In this document: positions 20,275-30,750 of the stretch, in pieces | How positions within the stretch are numbered: position 1 is the stretch's first letter | Layout of the letters: every line of letters starts with the position of its first letter | Source of the DNA: an uncultured bacterium | Lineage (GTDB): Bacteria; Babelota; Babeliae; Babelales; Babelaceae | Direction of reading: 5' to 3' | NCBI GenBank assembly: GCA_963722385.1 | Contig: CAVRKK010000002.1 | Coordinates: 128,001-192,000 of the forward strand | Length of the DNA stretch: 64,000 nt | The notes under the pieces: model-generated | What the model was told of the DNA's origin: nothing | Databases searched by the model: none | Seen by the model: only the letters and a program-made list of their open reading frames with translations | Program-made: the position numbers and the translations under genes

Positions 20275-21837
20275 CTAATCTAAAAAGTAGATGCGCAGAC
20301 GAAACAGCTTGCGCGTTAGGAGAAGAAGCCCGGCTAAAGCGGCACACAAAGGGCCGACCCATAACCAAAACCCATAGCTGTCGAGAAAAAAATGGGACCA
20401 ACCTGCTGGCAACATTGCGATTGCTCGATAAAGCGCATAATAGGCGCTTAAAAAAAGAGCGCTTCCGAAGAAAAGCTGAAAAATAACGCGTAATAAGAAC
20501 ACGCCAAACGTACGTATATACAAAGAAATGCCATGCCAATAATGGAGCATCCCTAAAAACAAGATTGTCTGGAATGCTCCAGCAAAACTCGTCGCCAGCG
20601 CAATACCAACAGCACCCCAATACCGCATAAAAATAACGTTAAGAACAGTATTACACACCGCCCCGGCGAGCGTTATCACCGTGGGTCCGAGAGAATTGTG
20701 AAGTGCGTAAAAAATGTTTGTCAAAATTTTGTTTAAGGCGAAAAAAAAGAGCCCTGTTGCAAAAGCAATAAATATACGCGATGCCTGCTCAACACTTTCA
20801 AGCGTAAAGGAATTAGACAATAAGAGTGTGTAAAAAATCTTATAGGAAAAAACCATCATCAACAGCATACTAGGCAGCATAACCCATGCTACAAGCTTCG
20901 AGGACTCAAGTAAATAATAGCCTAGCCGCTTGGGAGCGTAGGCGCCGATGTTGGTCATGCGTGAGAGCAATATCGTTGCAAAGCCCGCAACCAAAACGCC
21001 CAAAGGCACCCGCAAAAAAGCAGAGGTGTACGATAGCAAGGCGATAGAGCCGCTCGGTAAATATGACGCTAAAATGCGATCAATCACAAGACTTATTTCC
21101 ATGCTACCAGCGGTGATCAGGCAAGGCAGAAACTTTTTCATCACCAGCCGGAACCAAGCAAACGTGGTACGTGTTGGCCAGGCAAAAGAAAGGCCGGCAT
21201 AACGATAGCCCATAAGGTGGAAAAGAAGTAAGACGAAACCATCAAATACGATAGCATAGGCAAACCAGCTCAAGGATAGCTTGAAGTGAAGGCACATGAG
21301 CAACTGGACGATCCACAAAATATTATTGAGCAAGGGACTATTGGCAGGCACCAGAAAGCGGTGGGCTGCCTGGAGAGCACTCGCAAGAACTGCCGAGCTC
21401 GATATAAAGAGTATAAAAAAGGCCAATATGCGCGCAAGCTGTCCGCCCAACGCCACCTGATCACTCGTAAAGCCCGGTGCACTTAAGCGTATGATACCCG
21501 GTGCACATACACTCATGCCTATACAGAGCACGAGTAAGCAACTCTGCGATACCAGCAATGTCAACGTCACAAGAGCGTTGCCCTCGCCATGCCCTTCTTT
21601 CCGTTCTGCAGCAATCAGCGTCGGCCCAAGGGCCGCACTTAATGCCCCTTCAGCGAATACTTTACGCAACGTATTGGGAATCATAAAGGCCGTGTGAAAC
21701 GCGTCTGCCAGGGCGCCAGCTCCCAAAAAACGGGCTAGGAGCACCTCCCTAAAAAAACCAAAAAAGCGACTAAGCAGCGTCGCTGCCCCCAAGTGGAGCG
21801 TCTTCACGATGATTGATTTTCTGCCAATCATCATCAA
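20275..21837 (-). CDS. murJ: Lipid II flippase MurJ
   Basis: SRFFGFFRE, AF.IPN.LR..FAEGALS, multiple TM helices. Confidence 0.93.
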   Translation of the reverse strand: MMMIGRKSIIVKTLHLGAATLLSRFFGFFREVLLARFLGAGALADAFHTAFMIPNTLRKVFAEGALSAALGPTLIAAERKEGHGEGNALVTLTLLVSQSCLLVLCIGMSVCAPGIIRLSAPGFTSDQVALGGQLARILAFFILFISSSAVLASALQAAHRFLVPANSPLLNNILWIVQLLMCLHFKLSLSWFAYAIVFDGFVLLLFHLMGYRYAGLSFAWPTRTTFAWFRLVMKKFLPCLITAGSMEISLVIDRILASYLPSGSIALLSYTSAFLRVPLGVLVAGFATILLSRMTNIGAYAPKRLGYYLLESSKLVAWVMLPSMLLMMVFSYKIFYTLLLSNSFTLESVEQASRIFIAFATGLFFFALNKILTNIFYALHNSLGPTVITLAGAVCNTVLNVIFMRYWGAVGIALATSFAGAFQTILFLGMLHYWHGISLYIRTFGVFLLRVIFQLFFGSALFLSAYYALYRAIAMLPAGWSHFFLDSYGFWLWVGPLCAALAGLLLLTRKLFRLRIYFLD

Positions 21838-22532
21838 GCCTCAGGGCTCTTGCTGCCTTGTACCACCAAGCGACCATCCTGTAAGGCATATTGTATATCC
21901 ATACGCTCGGCAACACGTGAATCGTGGCAACTAATAATAAGCCCCATGGATAGGCGCTTCTGGTAATCACCTAAGAGGTCCATTATTAAGGATTTATTGA
22001 CGTCATCAAGATGCGCCGTTGGCTCATCTGCCAGAAGAAAATCTGGATCCAAAAAAAGGGCCCTGATGATCGCTACGCGCTGCTGCTCGCCTCCGGATAA
22101 CTGAGCAGGAAACAGTGACGCTTTATGCTCAAGCCCAACTTTCTGCAAAAGATCATTGCCACGCTTTACGCATTCATGAACAAGCTGGCCAGCCCGCAGC
22201 CCCTTGAGCATGACATTCTCGAGCACCGTCAGCTCAGGCACCAGCCATGCCGATTGAAATACCATGCCAATGCGCCGGTGAAAGAAATCGCGATAGCCGC
22301 TTGCGATAACTGATTCAAGAGAGCGGCTATCCAAAAGCACTTGACCACTGCTCGGTTTTTCAAGCCCGCTCATGATAAAAAGCAATGTCGATTTACCAGA
22401 GCCGGAGATCCCCGTTATACCATAAGAAACACCCTGGTGAAATTGTGTCGACAGCCCATTCAGCACAGGGCATGGTTGCCCAGCCTGGTCAAACACCTTG
22501 GTCACGTTACAAAGCGCGAGCGTGCTCATCAT
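21834..22532 (-). CDS. ABC transporter ATP-binding protein (LolD/MacB-like)
   Basis: GISGSGKST, LSGGEQQRVA, LLADEPT, H-loop. Confidence 0.88.
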   Translation of the reverse strand: MMSTLALCNVTKVFDQAGQPCPVLNGLSTQFHQGVSYGITGISGSGKSTLLFIMSGLEKPSSGQVLLDSRSLESVIASGYRDFFHRRIGMVFQSAWLVPELTVLENVMLKGLRAGQLVHECVKRGNDLLQKVGLEHKASLFPAQLSGGEQQRVAIIRALFLDPDFLLADEPTAHLDDVNKSLIMDLLGDYQKRLSMGLIISCHDSRVAERMDIQYALQDGRLVVQGSKSPEA

Positions 22533-23205
22533 GAACCACTCCGCTGGGTTGAGCATACGTTTGAATAAAGTCTTGGACAGCGTTAGCTAACGAGGAAAAA
22601 TAAGCAGGATCATGCTCAAATTCTTGATCAGCGTTTAGCACAAGCACCGGAACATCGCTCAGCTCAGGCAATCCTTGCTTGTGTATTAAAAAGCGCTCAT
22701 GGCACTCATGTAATTGCTCCAGGTAATGAAGCGGAATGCTACCTTCGGCTGCACGGGCGCGTGCGTTAACGCGCTCAAGCGCTTTTTCAGGCGAAACTTG
22801 CAGATAAATAAAGCCCTGAGGGGGACGGCAGGTATGCGCCGTTAAGAACGTAAACCATCGCGTGTACATATCCCACTCAAGGTCTGACATAAATCCTGCC
22901 TGATAGCTATTACGCGCAAAGCAAAGGTGCCCGGAATAAATAGAACGCTCCATGATACGGCTCTGGTCAGTGTTATTTTGCTCACCCATATGCTCCTGGA
23001 CTCGCCAAAGGAGCGTAAATGTTTCCATCGAATAAGCCCACCGATGAGGATCCTGGTAAAAGTTGGCCAGAAGGGACTGCCCCTCTACGTGCTTCTGCCA
23101 TTGATCCAATGGCTCATATCTCACCCGTAACTGCGGCACTCTCTGAGCAATAAGCTTCAAGAGCGTTGATTTGCCAGCCCCAATATTTCCTTCAAGAATG
23201 TACAT
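22507..23205 (-). CDS. Deoxynucleoside kinase
   Basis: EGNIGAGKST, EP...W, ERS, R...R.R..E lid. Confidence 0.9.
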   Translation of the reverse strand: MYILEGNIGAGKSTLLKLIAQRVPQLRVRYEPLDQWQKHVEGQSLLANFYQDPHRWAYSMETFTLLWRVQEHMGEQNNTDQSRIMERSIYSGHLCFARNSYQAGFMSDLEWDMYTRWFTFLTAHTCRPPQGFIYLQVSPEKALERVNARARAAEGSIPLHYLEQLHECHERFLIHKQGLPELSDVPVLVLNADQEFEHDPAYFSSLANAVQDFIQTYAQPSGVVHDEHARAL

Positions 23206-23441
23206 AGCCTAAAACCTCATAGAGCCTACCAAAAACCTCGCCCATAACCTGTCGCGCAAGCTAAAAAGCATCAAGCACAACATCATTATAAGTATACGTC
23301 GTATAGGCCACTTTGTGAATCTATATAGATTTCTATTAATAGAGTATTATTTTTTATTACAAGAACAATTTATTGCAATTTTAGTTTGCAATGTGATAGC
23401 TTTATTTTATTAAATCTTAATCTAAAAAAAAGGAATATGTT

Positions 23442-23891
23442 ATGGCTTTGCTCAGAAAACACATATTTGAGAGCCCTGAGGAACTTTTTGAGGATCTTCA
23501 CCTTGCTGTTTCCTCCCAGGGCGATTTTGCAACCGATATCTATCAGGACAAAAACTCAGTTATCGTAAAAATGCACGCTCCGGGAATCGACAAAGACACT
23601 ATTGATATAACGGTCGACGAAGACCGCTTGACCATCGCGGCTTCACGTGAGACAAAAGAGGAAATGAAAGGCAAAAATTTCTTCAGGCGAGAAATACGGT
23701 ACGGAAGCTTTATGCGCACATTATCGTTGCCTTGCGCTGTTGAAAAAGACCAGGCAGTTGCTGAATATGACGACGGGGTGCTCACCATTACGTTGCCCAA
23801 GAAAAAAAGCGCTGAGCCGAGCAAGATTAAAGTAACCTCGAAAAGCGCATCAACAAACCAAACTACGGTTACACCGCCACGAGGCGCTTGA
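23442..23891 (+). CDS. Hsp20/alpha-crystallin small heat-shock protein
   Basis: PGIDK, REIRYGSFMR, AEYDDGVLTITLPK. Confidence 0.92.
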   Translation: MALLRKHIFESPEELFEDLHLAVSSQGDFATDIYQDKNSVIVKMHAPGIDKDTIDITVDEDRLTIAASRETKEEMKGKNFFRREIRYGSFMRTLSLPCAVEKDQAVAEYDDGVLTITLPKKKSAEPSKIKVTSKSASTNQTTVTPPRGA

Positions 23892-25023
23892 TAGTAGGGT
23901 TTATGCGCGTCAGAATCTCATTGTTAATCATACCTGCCTGTAAGGCAAGCTCGTTAACGGTAATGCCAGGCTGATCTCCCATCAACATAACAGCAGAACC
24001 GCGATGAGCTGATGGGATATCGGTCACATCGGCAGTAATAACGTTCATGCTGACTCGGCCGACCAGGGGAGCATGCTTGCCTTCAATAATCAGCGAGGCT
24101 TTTTGCAAGCTGCGCGGATAGCCATCGGCGTACCCCAGAGGTATGCAGGCGATGCGTGAGGGACGGGTGGTAACGAATGTATGCCCGTAACCGATCGGTG
24201 TCCCTGTAGGCACCTCGCGGACATCAACAATACGTGCTTTCCACGCAAGCACAGGATTTAGTTGGATGCTCGCTCCATGGGCAAGAACGCGTTGTTTTTG
24301 GCGCTCAGATTTCCAGAGGCCGTATACATGAGTGCCAAGTCGGCACAGATCGTACTGGTAAGGACCGCGCCCTGACTCGTTAACCAATGAATGGGGAAAT
24401 GCCGTTAAGACGCCTGATGAAAGAGCATGCGTTAGACCAATTGTTATGCCGCTCTTGCACATTTCGTCAAGCACACTATTAAAAACGTCAAGCTGCTCAC
24501 ACATTAACTCCCGGTCACCACTGCTCGCATCCGAGACGTGAGCGCCAATGCCCACGAGCTCGATAGCAGGATACCGAGACAACATAAGTTGAGCGAAACC
24601 AGCTACCGCGTCCGGTGGTATGCCCCGGCGCGAAAGCCCGATGTCAACCTTAAGGTGAACACGCGCCTTCGATTGCATACTTGCGGCCGCGCTTTGTAAT
24701 TCGCTAAGAATATCCTTATCATCAACCATTATGTCGATTTTTTGCTCAATTGCCTCACGGGATACGCCGTCATTATAGGCCATAACGAGAAGATTCTTCC
24801 TGCAGCCATCGGCCCGCAATGAGAGAGCTTCATCAATGCTGGCGGTGCAGAGCCACGAGACGGCAGGCTCGTTTTCGAGGAGGGAGGCAATGAGTCGCAT
24901 ATCGTGACCATATGCGTTACTTTTGACAACAACGCCAAGCTGTCCTGGGCCTTGGAGATGCTTAAGTTGCTCAATGTTAGCAAGCAGAGCTGATTGACTG
25001 ATTTCTATCCATGTTGGTAACAT
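23869..25023 (-). CDS. alr: Alanine racemase
   Basis: VVKSNAYGH PLP lysine, HLKVD.G..R.G, IGYG, GYADG, GRVSM. Confidence 0.92.
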   Translation of the reverse strand: MLPTWIEISQSALLANIEQLKHLQGPGQLGVVVKSNAYGHDMRLIASLLENEPAVSWLCTASIDEALSLRADGCRKNLLVMAYNDGVSREAIEQKIDIMVDDKDILSELQSAAASMQSKARVHLKVDIGLSRRGIPPDAVAGFAQLMLSRYPAIELVGIGAHVSDASSGDRELMCEQLDVFNSVLDEMCKSGITIGLTHALSSGVLTAFPHSLVNESGRGPYQYDLCRLGTHVYGLWKSERQKQRVLAHGASIQLNPVLAWKARIVDVREVPTGTPIGYGHTFVTTRPSRIACIPLGYADGYPRSLQKASLIIEGKHAPLVGRVSMNVITADVTDIPSAHRGSAVMLMGDQPGITVNELALQAGMINNEILTRINPTIKRLVAV

Positions 25024-25083
25024 ATTTGACGGGGCTAGAAAATGGGTAAGGGATGGTTGTATGCCAACCATCCCCATGATAGC

Positions 25084-25728
25084 TTACTTGAGTGGTAATG
25101 CGCGTTTTGTCTGTCGGGAGCCGAGTTTCAATGTCAGCGTGCCATTTTTGTACTCAGGCTGAGTGGTCGAGATGGCGACGCGATAGGGAAATGACTTCAC
25201 GTAATCATTACGAGCAACGTAGCTTGAGCTGCTGAGAATGGTGCCTTTTTCATCCTTCTTTTCATGGATGATCTTCTTCTCAACTTCAAGTGCCAGCGCT
25301 GTTGGGAATATACGCATCAGAACCTTACTTTCCTGATATGGGAACGTAATATCAGCGTATCCTTCGTCTTCGTCGATTTCGATCTTGATATCCTCTTTTT
25401 TTGCCGTTAGATCTTTAACCTCAAGCACTAAAGATCGGCCATCTTTATTCGGGTTAATGGCGACCTCGGGAATCTTCACCGCCTGATTGTCAAAGACAGG
25501 AAACTCTTCTTTAGCACCAACCATAGGCCTCTCAAAGGCCATATTAAAGCGATGCCACATGTCATCAAATGATTGCGCAATGCTCTTAAAAGCGTTCCTC
25601 CTACAGTGGCCACATCTCACTTCTTCTTTGGCTTTTTGCTCCGCCGCACCAACTGCATTAAAGCCAGCTAATGATGCGAGTGCAAATGGCACCAAAACCA
25701 ATAGGGTTTTCTTCATGAGTTTGTTCAT
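25084..25728 (-). CDS. Signal-peptide protein with divergent alpha-crystallin-like C-terminal domain
   Basis: Signal peptide; KKEDIKIEI and EYKNGTLTLKL resemble Hsp20 strands. Confidence 0.55.
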   Translation of the reverse strand: MNKLMKKTLLVLVPFALASLAGFNAVGAAEQKAKEEVRCGHCRRNAFKSIAQSFDDMWHRFNMAFERPMVGAKEEFPVFDNQAVKIPEVAINPNKDGRSLVLEVKDLTAKKEDIKIEIDEDEGYADITFPYQESKVLMRIFPTALALEVEKKIIHEKKDEKGTILSSSSYVARNDYVKSFPYRVAISTTQPEYKNGTLTLKLGSRQTKRALPLK

Positions 25729-25888
25729 AAGAGAGACTCCTTAGTTATCTCGTTTACTAGAACCAAGTCCTTCTCTAGCTTAAGCAAAATCAGAAATTTT
25801 TCAACCCGGCACGATTGAGTTCTCATATCTTTGCTTAGCTCGTGAGTATCTTTTTTGGTATAATATAAAAAGTTCTTAAAGAGAAAAA

Positions 25889-26183
25889 ATGAGAAATAAA
25901 TATCTTGGACCAAGCTTTGATTCTTTTTTGAAGAAGAAGGCATTTTGGAAGAGGTAACACTCGGTGCCATAAAGAAAGTTATTGCTTGTGCCCTCATTGA
26001 AGCCATGAAAAAAGAAAATATTACAAAAACGGAGCTAGCTAACAAGCTTGGCACCAGCAGAGCTGCGTTACAGCGCCTGCTGGATCCTCTACCTTGCTCA
26101 CTCTGCATAAAGCCGCTCAAATAGCCGGTAAGCAATTGGAAATTACGTTATCTGGGCCAGGCAGTCTTAATAATAAGAGGTAA
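25889..26183 (+). pseudogene. XRE/HTH antitoxin-like regulator pseudogene (two frameshifts)
   Basis: Across frames: MRNKYLGPSFDSF/EEEGILEEVTLGAIKKVI..MKKENITKTELANKLGTSRAALQRLLDP/TLLTLHKAAQIAGKQLEITL. Confidence 0.75.
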
Positions 26184-26243
26184 TTTTCAGAATTTTATAG
26201 GACTGCTAACTATCTCTTAATCACCCTTAATTTGAAATGAAAA

Positions 26244-26974
26244 ATGAATATAAATAAAAATGAGCGAATAATCTTAGCATCTCAATCGAAAATTCGAAAA
26301 CGCGCTCTGGAAATTTTAGGAATATCTTATGAATGCATTCCGGCAAATATTGACGAAAAAGCTATGCGGGATGCAAATCCAATAACGATGGCAATAATGA
26401 TTTCTGAGGCTAAAGCCCATGCAGTTAGCAGCAAAGAAGATGGTATTATTATCGCTTCTGATGCATTTTGGTTTTTGATGAAAAAATTCTCGAAAAACCT
26501 AACTCTTTAGGTGAGGCATATAAAATGCTCAAAGCTCTTTCAGGCAATAAACATACGTTTATCACGGGACTGGCTGTTTACGATTCGCAAACAGGCAAAA
26601 TGCGTTCTAGAGCTTCTACCTGCAACATATATTTTCGATCCCTCTCTGATGATGAGATTAAGGATTATTGTAACCGGTACCCAGTTCTTACATTTGCTGG
26701 TTCACTTGAAATAGATGGGGTCATTAGGTTTTCCGAAAAAATCGAAGGTAATTGTAATTTTGTAACTGCAATGCCTCTGCAGCACTTGGTTCAGTTTTTA
26801 CGAGAAATAGAGCAGGATAGGGAAGAGCGTTTTCACTTGATGTTCTTTAGAGGAAGGTCTTCAAAACAAAGCTTACCTCTCACTAACCGCACTAAAGCAA
26901 GCGACCATAAACATTCAGGCTTAAAATCGTGTGCCAATCTACGATTCGCACACGATTTAACAATTAATCGCTAA
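26244..26974 (+). pseudogene. maf: Maf nucleotide pyrophosphatase, frameshifted at T-run 26466-26469
   Basis: ILASQS..R, SEAKA, IASD in the first ORF; ILEKP, LSGNKH, AGS in the second. Confidence 0.8.
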
Positions 26975-27032
26975 TCAAGCGGCAGCTTCGGCTTCTGGGG
27001 CTCTTTTAAGCGAGAAACTTTTGCAGGTTACC

Positions 27033-27572
27033 TCAGAGCCTCTTTTTTATGTCTTGATAATCTTTATCTACTATTTTTTTGCGGTCTTCAAGAAAATCCA
27101 AGGCGGTCCAGCCTCGGGGGTCTTTCATGGAAGGATCAGCACCGGCATCAAGAAGTAATGCTATCGTGCGCCTATTTAATCGCCAAGCAGCGGCCATAAG
27201 AGGCGTCAATCCATCAGCATCTGCATTCGGGTTAGCACCCGCTTTTAGCAATTTCTCCACGACAACAGGGTGCTTATGCCAGCTAGCAGCAAAGAGCGGC
27301 GTGCCGCCGCTATCATCAGCAAGGTTAACGTTGGCACCCGAATCTATTAAGTATTGGACGAGATGCCAATCACCATTAGACGCCGCAACAATTAATGGCG
27401 TCCAACCAAAAAGGGGGCTTTTCTCATCAACATCGATTACTTTTTTCTCAAACACCTCTTTTGTTAAAGCTAGAGGCATTCCTTCGCGAGGACTAAATTT
27501 GAAATCCCTTGCTTGAGCAAGCTCAGCACCTATCACCATGACAATGCTCAAAATTTTTAACGATTTATACAT
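27033..27572 (-). CDS. Secreted ankyrin-repeat protein
   Basis: Signal peptide; GWTPLIVAA, GGTPLFAA, GLTPLMAAA, GWTALD. Confidence 0.9.
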   Translation of the reverse strand: MYKSLKILSIVMVIGAELAQARDFKFSPREGMPLALTKEVFEKKVIDVDEKSPLFGWTPLIVAASNGDWHLVQYLIDSGANVNLADDSGGTPLFAASWHKHPVVVEKLLKAGANPNADADGLTPLMAAAWRLNRRTIALLLDAGADPSMKDPRGWTALDFLEDRKKIVDKDYQDIKKRL

Positions 27573-27722
27573 TTTATCTCCTTTTTGTTTTATATCGTAT
27601 TAGCATTATAGTCAATTTTTTTCAGGAAAAGCAAGAGTCCAAGGTGATTTCCTTGGTAGATTAAGATCATCAAGAGCGCTTCAAGTCGCGAAATTCTACG
27701 ATGAAAAAACTTACTATTGACT

Positions 27723-27745
27723 ATAGTGACATTTAGTGTCACTAT
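27723..27745. promoter_or_regulatory. Operator-like inverted repeat in the hicAB promoter
   Basis: atagtgaca-N5-tgtcactat directly after TTGACT (27717-27722). Confidence 0.6.
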
Positions 27746-27805
27746 TAAAAAAGATCCTGCTTCATTATCACTCAACGGCAAGAAAGGCGGTAGGAATGGA
27801 GCTAC

Positions 27806-28057
27806 ATGAACAATAAACATAAAAAGACAATTGATGCGATTTTCACGCTTCCTCCTTCTGCTAATATAAAATGGGATGATATTGAATCACTTTTTATACA
27901 TCTTGGCGCCGATGTCATCGAAGCAGCAGGCTCTCGAGTTTGTATCGTGCTAAACGGAAAGCGGTCCGTTTTTCATAGACCTCATCCAAAACGTGAAGCA
28001 GGCAAGGGAATGGTAAAGTCTGTACGCATTTTTTTGAATAATGCAGGAGTAATATAA
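27806..28057 (+). CDS. hicA: HicA family toxin
   Basis: ANIKW.DIESL...LGA...E..GSRV...L....VFHRPHP. Confidence 0.9.
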   Translation: MNNKHKKTIDAIFTLPPSANIKWDDIESLFIHLGADVIEAAGSRVCIVLNGKRSVFHRPHPKREAGKGMVKSVRIFLNNAGVI

Positions 28058-28059
28058 AG

Positions 28060-28371
28060 ATGAAGTATAAAGGATATATAGGCCACGTTACCTATGATGA
28101 CGAGCTCAAAATCTTACACGGAGACGTAATCGGCTTAAAAGACGTGATCACTTTTGAGGGAACGAGTGTTGAAGAAGTAGAAAATGCATTTCGTGATTCC
28201 ATTGACGTGTACTTAGATCTCTGCAAAAAACGGGGCGAAAAACCAGAAAAAACATTTTCAGGAGATTTGCGCGTCAGAATTGCCCCTGACTTACATGCAC
28301 GCCTTACACAAGAAGCTGCGATGAGTGGACTTAGCCTTAATTCGTTCATTGCTGAAAAGTTAAGAAAGTAA
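28060..28371 (+). CDS. hicB: HicB family antitoxin
   Basis: MKYKGY.G...YD, DVITFEG, PEK.FSG...VRI.P.LH RHH tail. Confidence 0.9.
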   Translation: MKYKGYIGHVTYDDELKILHGDVIGLKDVITFEGTSVEEVENAFRDSIDVYLDLCKKRGEKPEKTFSGDLRVRIAPDLHARLTQEAAMSGLSLNSFIAEKLRK

Positions 28372-28421
28372 ATGGCGTACCAGAAGGGGTATCAGCCAAG
28401 AAAATCCGTAAAACGTACCTT

Positions 28422-28454
28422 TATTAAGTATTGGACGAGATACCAATCACCATT
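28422..28454 (-). repeat. 33-bp copy of an internal segment of the 27033-27572 ankyrin gene
   Basis: 32/33 identical to 27345-27377. Confidence 0.75.
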
Positions 28455-28757
28455 GCCTTGTAGTGGTGATATTTAAATCATTCCAGGCGATTATTCGAAT
28501 TCAATATATACGAGCAAGTCGCAGGCCTTCTGGTTCGAGGTTGAACGATGCGAGGGCAGGTCGATAAATTTTTTTTATCGCAAGCCATACATCAATAAAC
28601 GAAGTCTTAGAACGGCTTCTTAAACATTTGAGAAAAAAATCTGCGTTATATTGGCTTTTATCCACAGAGATCTTCTCTCGTAAATTTCGAAGGACATATT
28701 TCGCTTTTGCGAACTACCTAAAAATTTTACAAATATCAATCCGTTAAAAAGTATAGC

Positions 28758-28784
28758 AGCCCCTAGCATTCAGTGCTAGGGGCT
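28758..28784. terminator. Intrinsic terminator hairpin
   Basis: agcccctagca-ttcag-tgctaggggct. Confidence 0.6.
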
Positions 28785-28825
28785 TTATAGCCTCTGATGG
28801 CTTTTTTATAAGCCTCTCTATTGTT

Positions 28826-29215
28826 TTATTTTACAGGTCGAATTTGAGTACCGTCGTAAATTAGATTTTCACATCCTGTTTCTTGTGAAGATTCTACACC
28901 TCTAAGCATATAATAAACTACCTTTGGGCTAGAAATTATGATTTCAGCTTGCTCGTTTATAGCCATTGGGCCTGACAGTGAATTTGTTTGCCCTGGCTCA
29001 ATAAAAAAGCTTCCTGTTAAATGTTCTCCTCCTGCTCTACCTACTTGAATTGAGCCGGCGACTCTTTCGTGAGTATCATTGAGCAATACCACGCAATAAT
29101 TTTTCCATTCATGATGGGGGGCATATTCACCGCCAAATTGATTGAAAAGGGCATTGGTTGATATAAGTAAGCCTGCTAAGACAAAACTTTGTAAAAATGA
29201 ATTATTAAATTTCAT
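28826..29215 (-). CDS. Hypothetical secreted protein
   Basis: AGGAG RBS, signal peptide, 129 aa. Confidence 0.65.
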   Translation of the reverse strand: MKFNNSFLQSFVLAGLLISTNALFNQFGGEYAPHHEWKNYCVVLLNDTHERVAGSIQVGRAGGEHLTGSFFIEPGQTNSLSGPMAINEQAEIIISSPKVVYYMLRGVESSQETGCENLIYDGTQIRPVK

Positions 29216-29396
29216 GGTATACTCCTTTGTATGGTTTAAAAAATATTTAAAAAAAGATTATAAAATACTTATAGCTTATTTTTTCAATAAAAGTCAGCAC
29301 TTTTGATCCCTTGGCCTATGGTGCCAGCGGCAGGTATACTTGCGTAAGCACCATCAAGGCTATTGGAGTAAGTATACCGTACCTGAAGGAAAATTT

Positions 29397-30731
29397 ATGC
29401 GAAGCGCTGTAATCAGTCCCGTCAAGCTCATAATATTCTTGCTCTTAGATTTTAGCACTCTGTATGGCACTTCATCAAGCGTTAAGGCTTTGATAGAAGC
29501 AGTGCGTGAAGGTAATCTAAATAAAATTAAAAAACTTGTTAATAAAAGTAATCGCGTAAATGAAAGAGATGCTACTGGCTATACCCCTTTGGGAGCTGCA
29601 GTTGCCAATGGCGACAATGATATAGTTGCTTACCTTTTAAGTAAAGGAGCATCACCTGATAAAGAGACAGCGGCTTATATCTCACAGCCTGAGGTGCCAG
29701 ATTCCGTTATAATAACATATTCGCTTATTATAGCGGCAAGTACCGCAAATGATAAAGCTGTATCGCTCTTATTATCTTATGATGCTGATCCAAATATCAT
29801 GAGTAAAATGGCGGTAGTTCCTGGTCATGAAAAGACAGGTGGTGTACGCTATACTCCTCTTATGTTTGCGGCTATTCATTGTAAACGCTCTATGGCTCAC
29901 GTACTTATTAAAGCTGGAGCTCGTGTTGATGCTCAGGATTATAAGTGGAGAACTGCCTTGCATTGGGTAGCAGAAAATAACTGCCTTCCCATTGCTCAAG
30001 ATATTCTCAAGAAGGACCCGAGAACCAGTACGGCTGTAAGTTGGTCTATGACACGTAAAAAAGGGAAGATCCCCTATGAAATTGCACAAGAATGGAGCAA
30101 TAAAGAGATGATGATGCTCTTGTATCCTTATTTAAAAGCTAGTCTTTTAGTGCAAGCCGTACAAATAGGTGATCTTGATAAGGTAAGAGCGTTTATCCAA
30201 AAAGGTGGTAATCTCGATTGGGTTGATAGTGATGGTAATACGGCCCTGGGAGCAGCAATTATTGCTGGGCACAATACTATAGTAGCTGAGCTGCTCCAAG
30301 CTGGAGCTTCACCAGATGTGCCAACAGCTATTTCATATGGATCAAGCGATCGACAACCACCGCTTTTTCTCGCAATACAGCATTCTAATGAAGAAGCCCT
30401 AGCATTATTATTAGACTACCATGCAAAGGTAAATATGATACCGCCAACGAGCTCCACCCCATTAGGCGAAGCTGCTGTTTATTGCAAAACAAGTATGGCT
30501 AAAAGACTTCTGGCAGCTGGCGCTAACCCCGCCGAGGGCGATTATTGGCAAACAAATGCATTACATCAAGCAATTGGCCATAACTGCATCGCCGTTGCAT
30601 ACATAATTCTCGATTTTAAAGCTTCTCTCATGTATGTTCGAGACAGTTTCAAGCGAAGACCATTAGATCTCGTGCAGAGCGACGAGATGAAATTATTATT
30701 AGATTCTTATAGAAAACCGCTTGCTCGTTGA
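29397..30731 (+). CDS. Secreted ankyrin-repeat protein with two duplicated ankyrin blocks
   Basis: GYTPLGAAV/GNTALGAAI, GASPD x2, AIHCK/AVYCK, DY.W.TALH x2. Confidence 0.88.
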   Translation: MRSAVISPVKLIIFLLLDFSTLYGTSSSVKALIEAVREGNLNKIKKLVNKSNRVNERDATGYTPLGAAVANGDNDIVAYLLSKGASPDKETAAYISQPEVPDSVIITYSLIIAASTANDKAVSLLLSYDADPNIMSKMAVVPGHEKTGGVRYTPLMFAAIHCKRSMAHVLIKAGARVDAQDYKWRTALHWVAENNCLPIAQDILKKDPRTSTAVSWSMTRKKGKIPYEIAQEWSNKEMMMLLYPYLKASLLVQAVQIGDLDKVRAFIQKGGNLDWVDSDGNTALGAAIIAGHNTIVAELLQAGASPDVPTAISYGSSDRQPPLFLAIQHSNEEALALLLDYHAKVNMIPPTSSTPLGEAAVYCKTSMAKRLLAAGANPAEGDYWQTNALHQAIGHNCIAVAYIILDFKASLMYVRDSFKRRPLDLVQSDEMKLLLDSYRKPLAR

Positions 30732-30750
30732 TAGGCGAGTATAGCCTCGA

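Noticed and set aside
25725..26135. 136-aa minus-strand ORF
   Set aside because: Antisense shadow of the plus-strand XRE pseudogene
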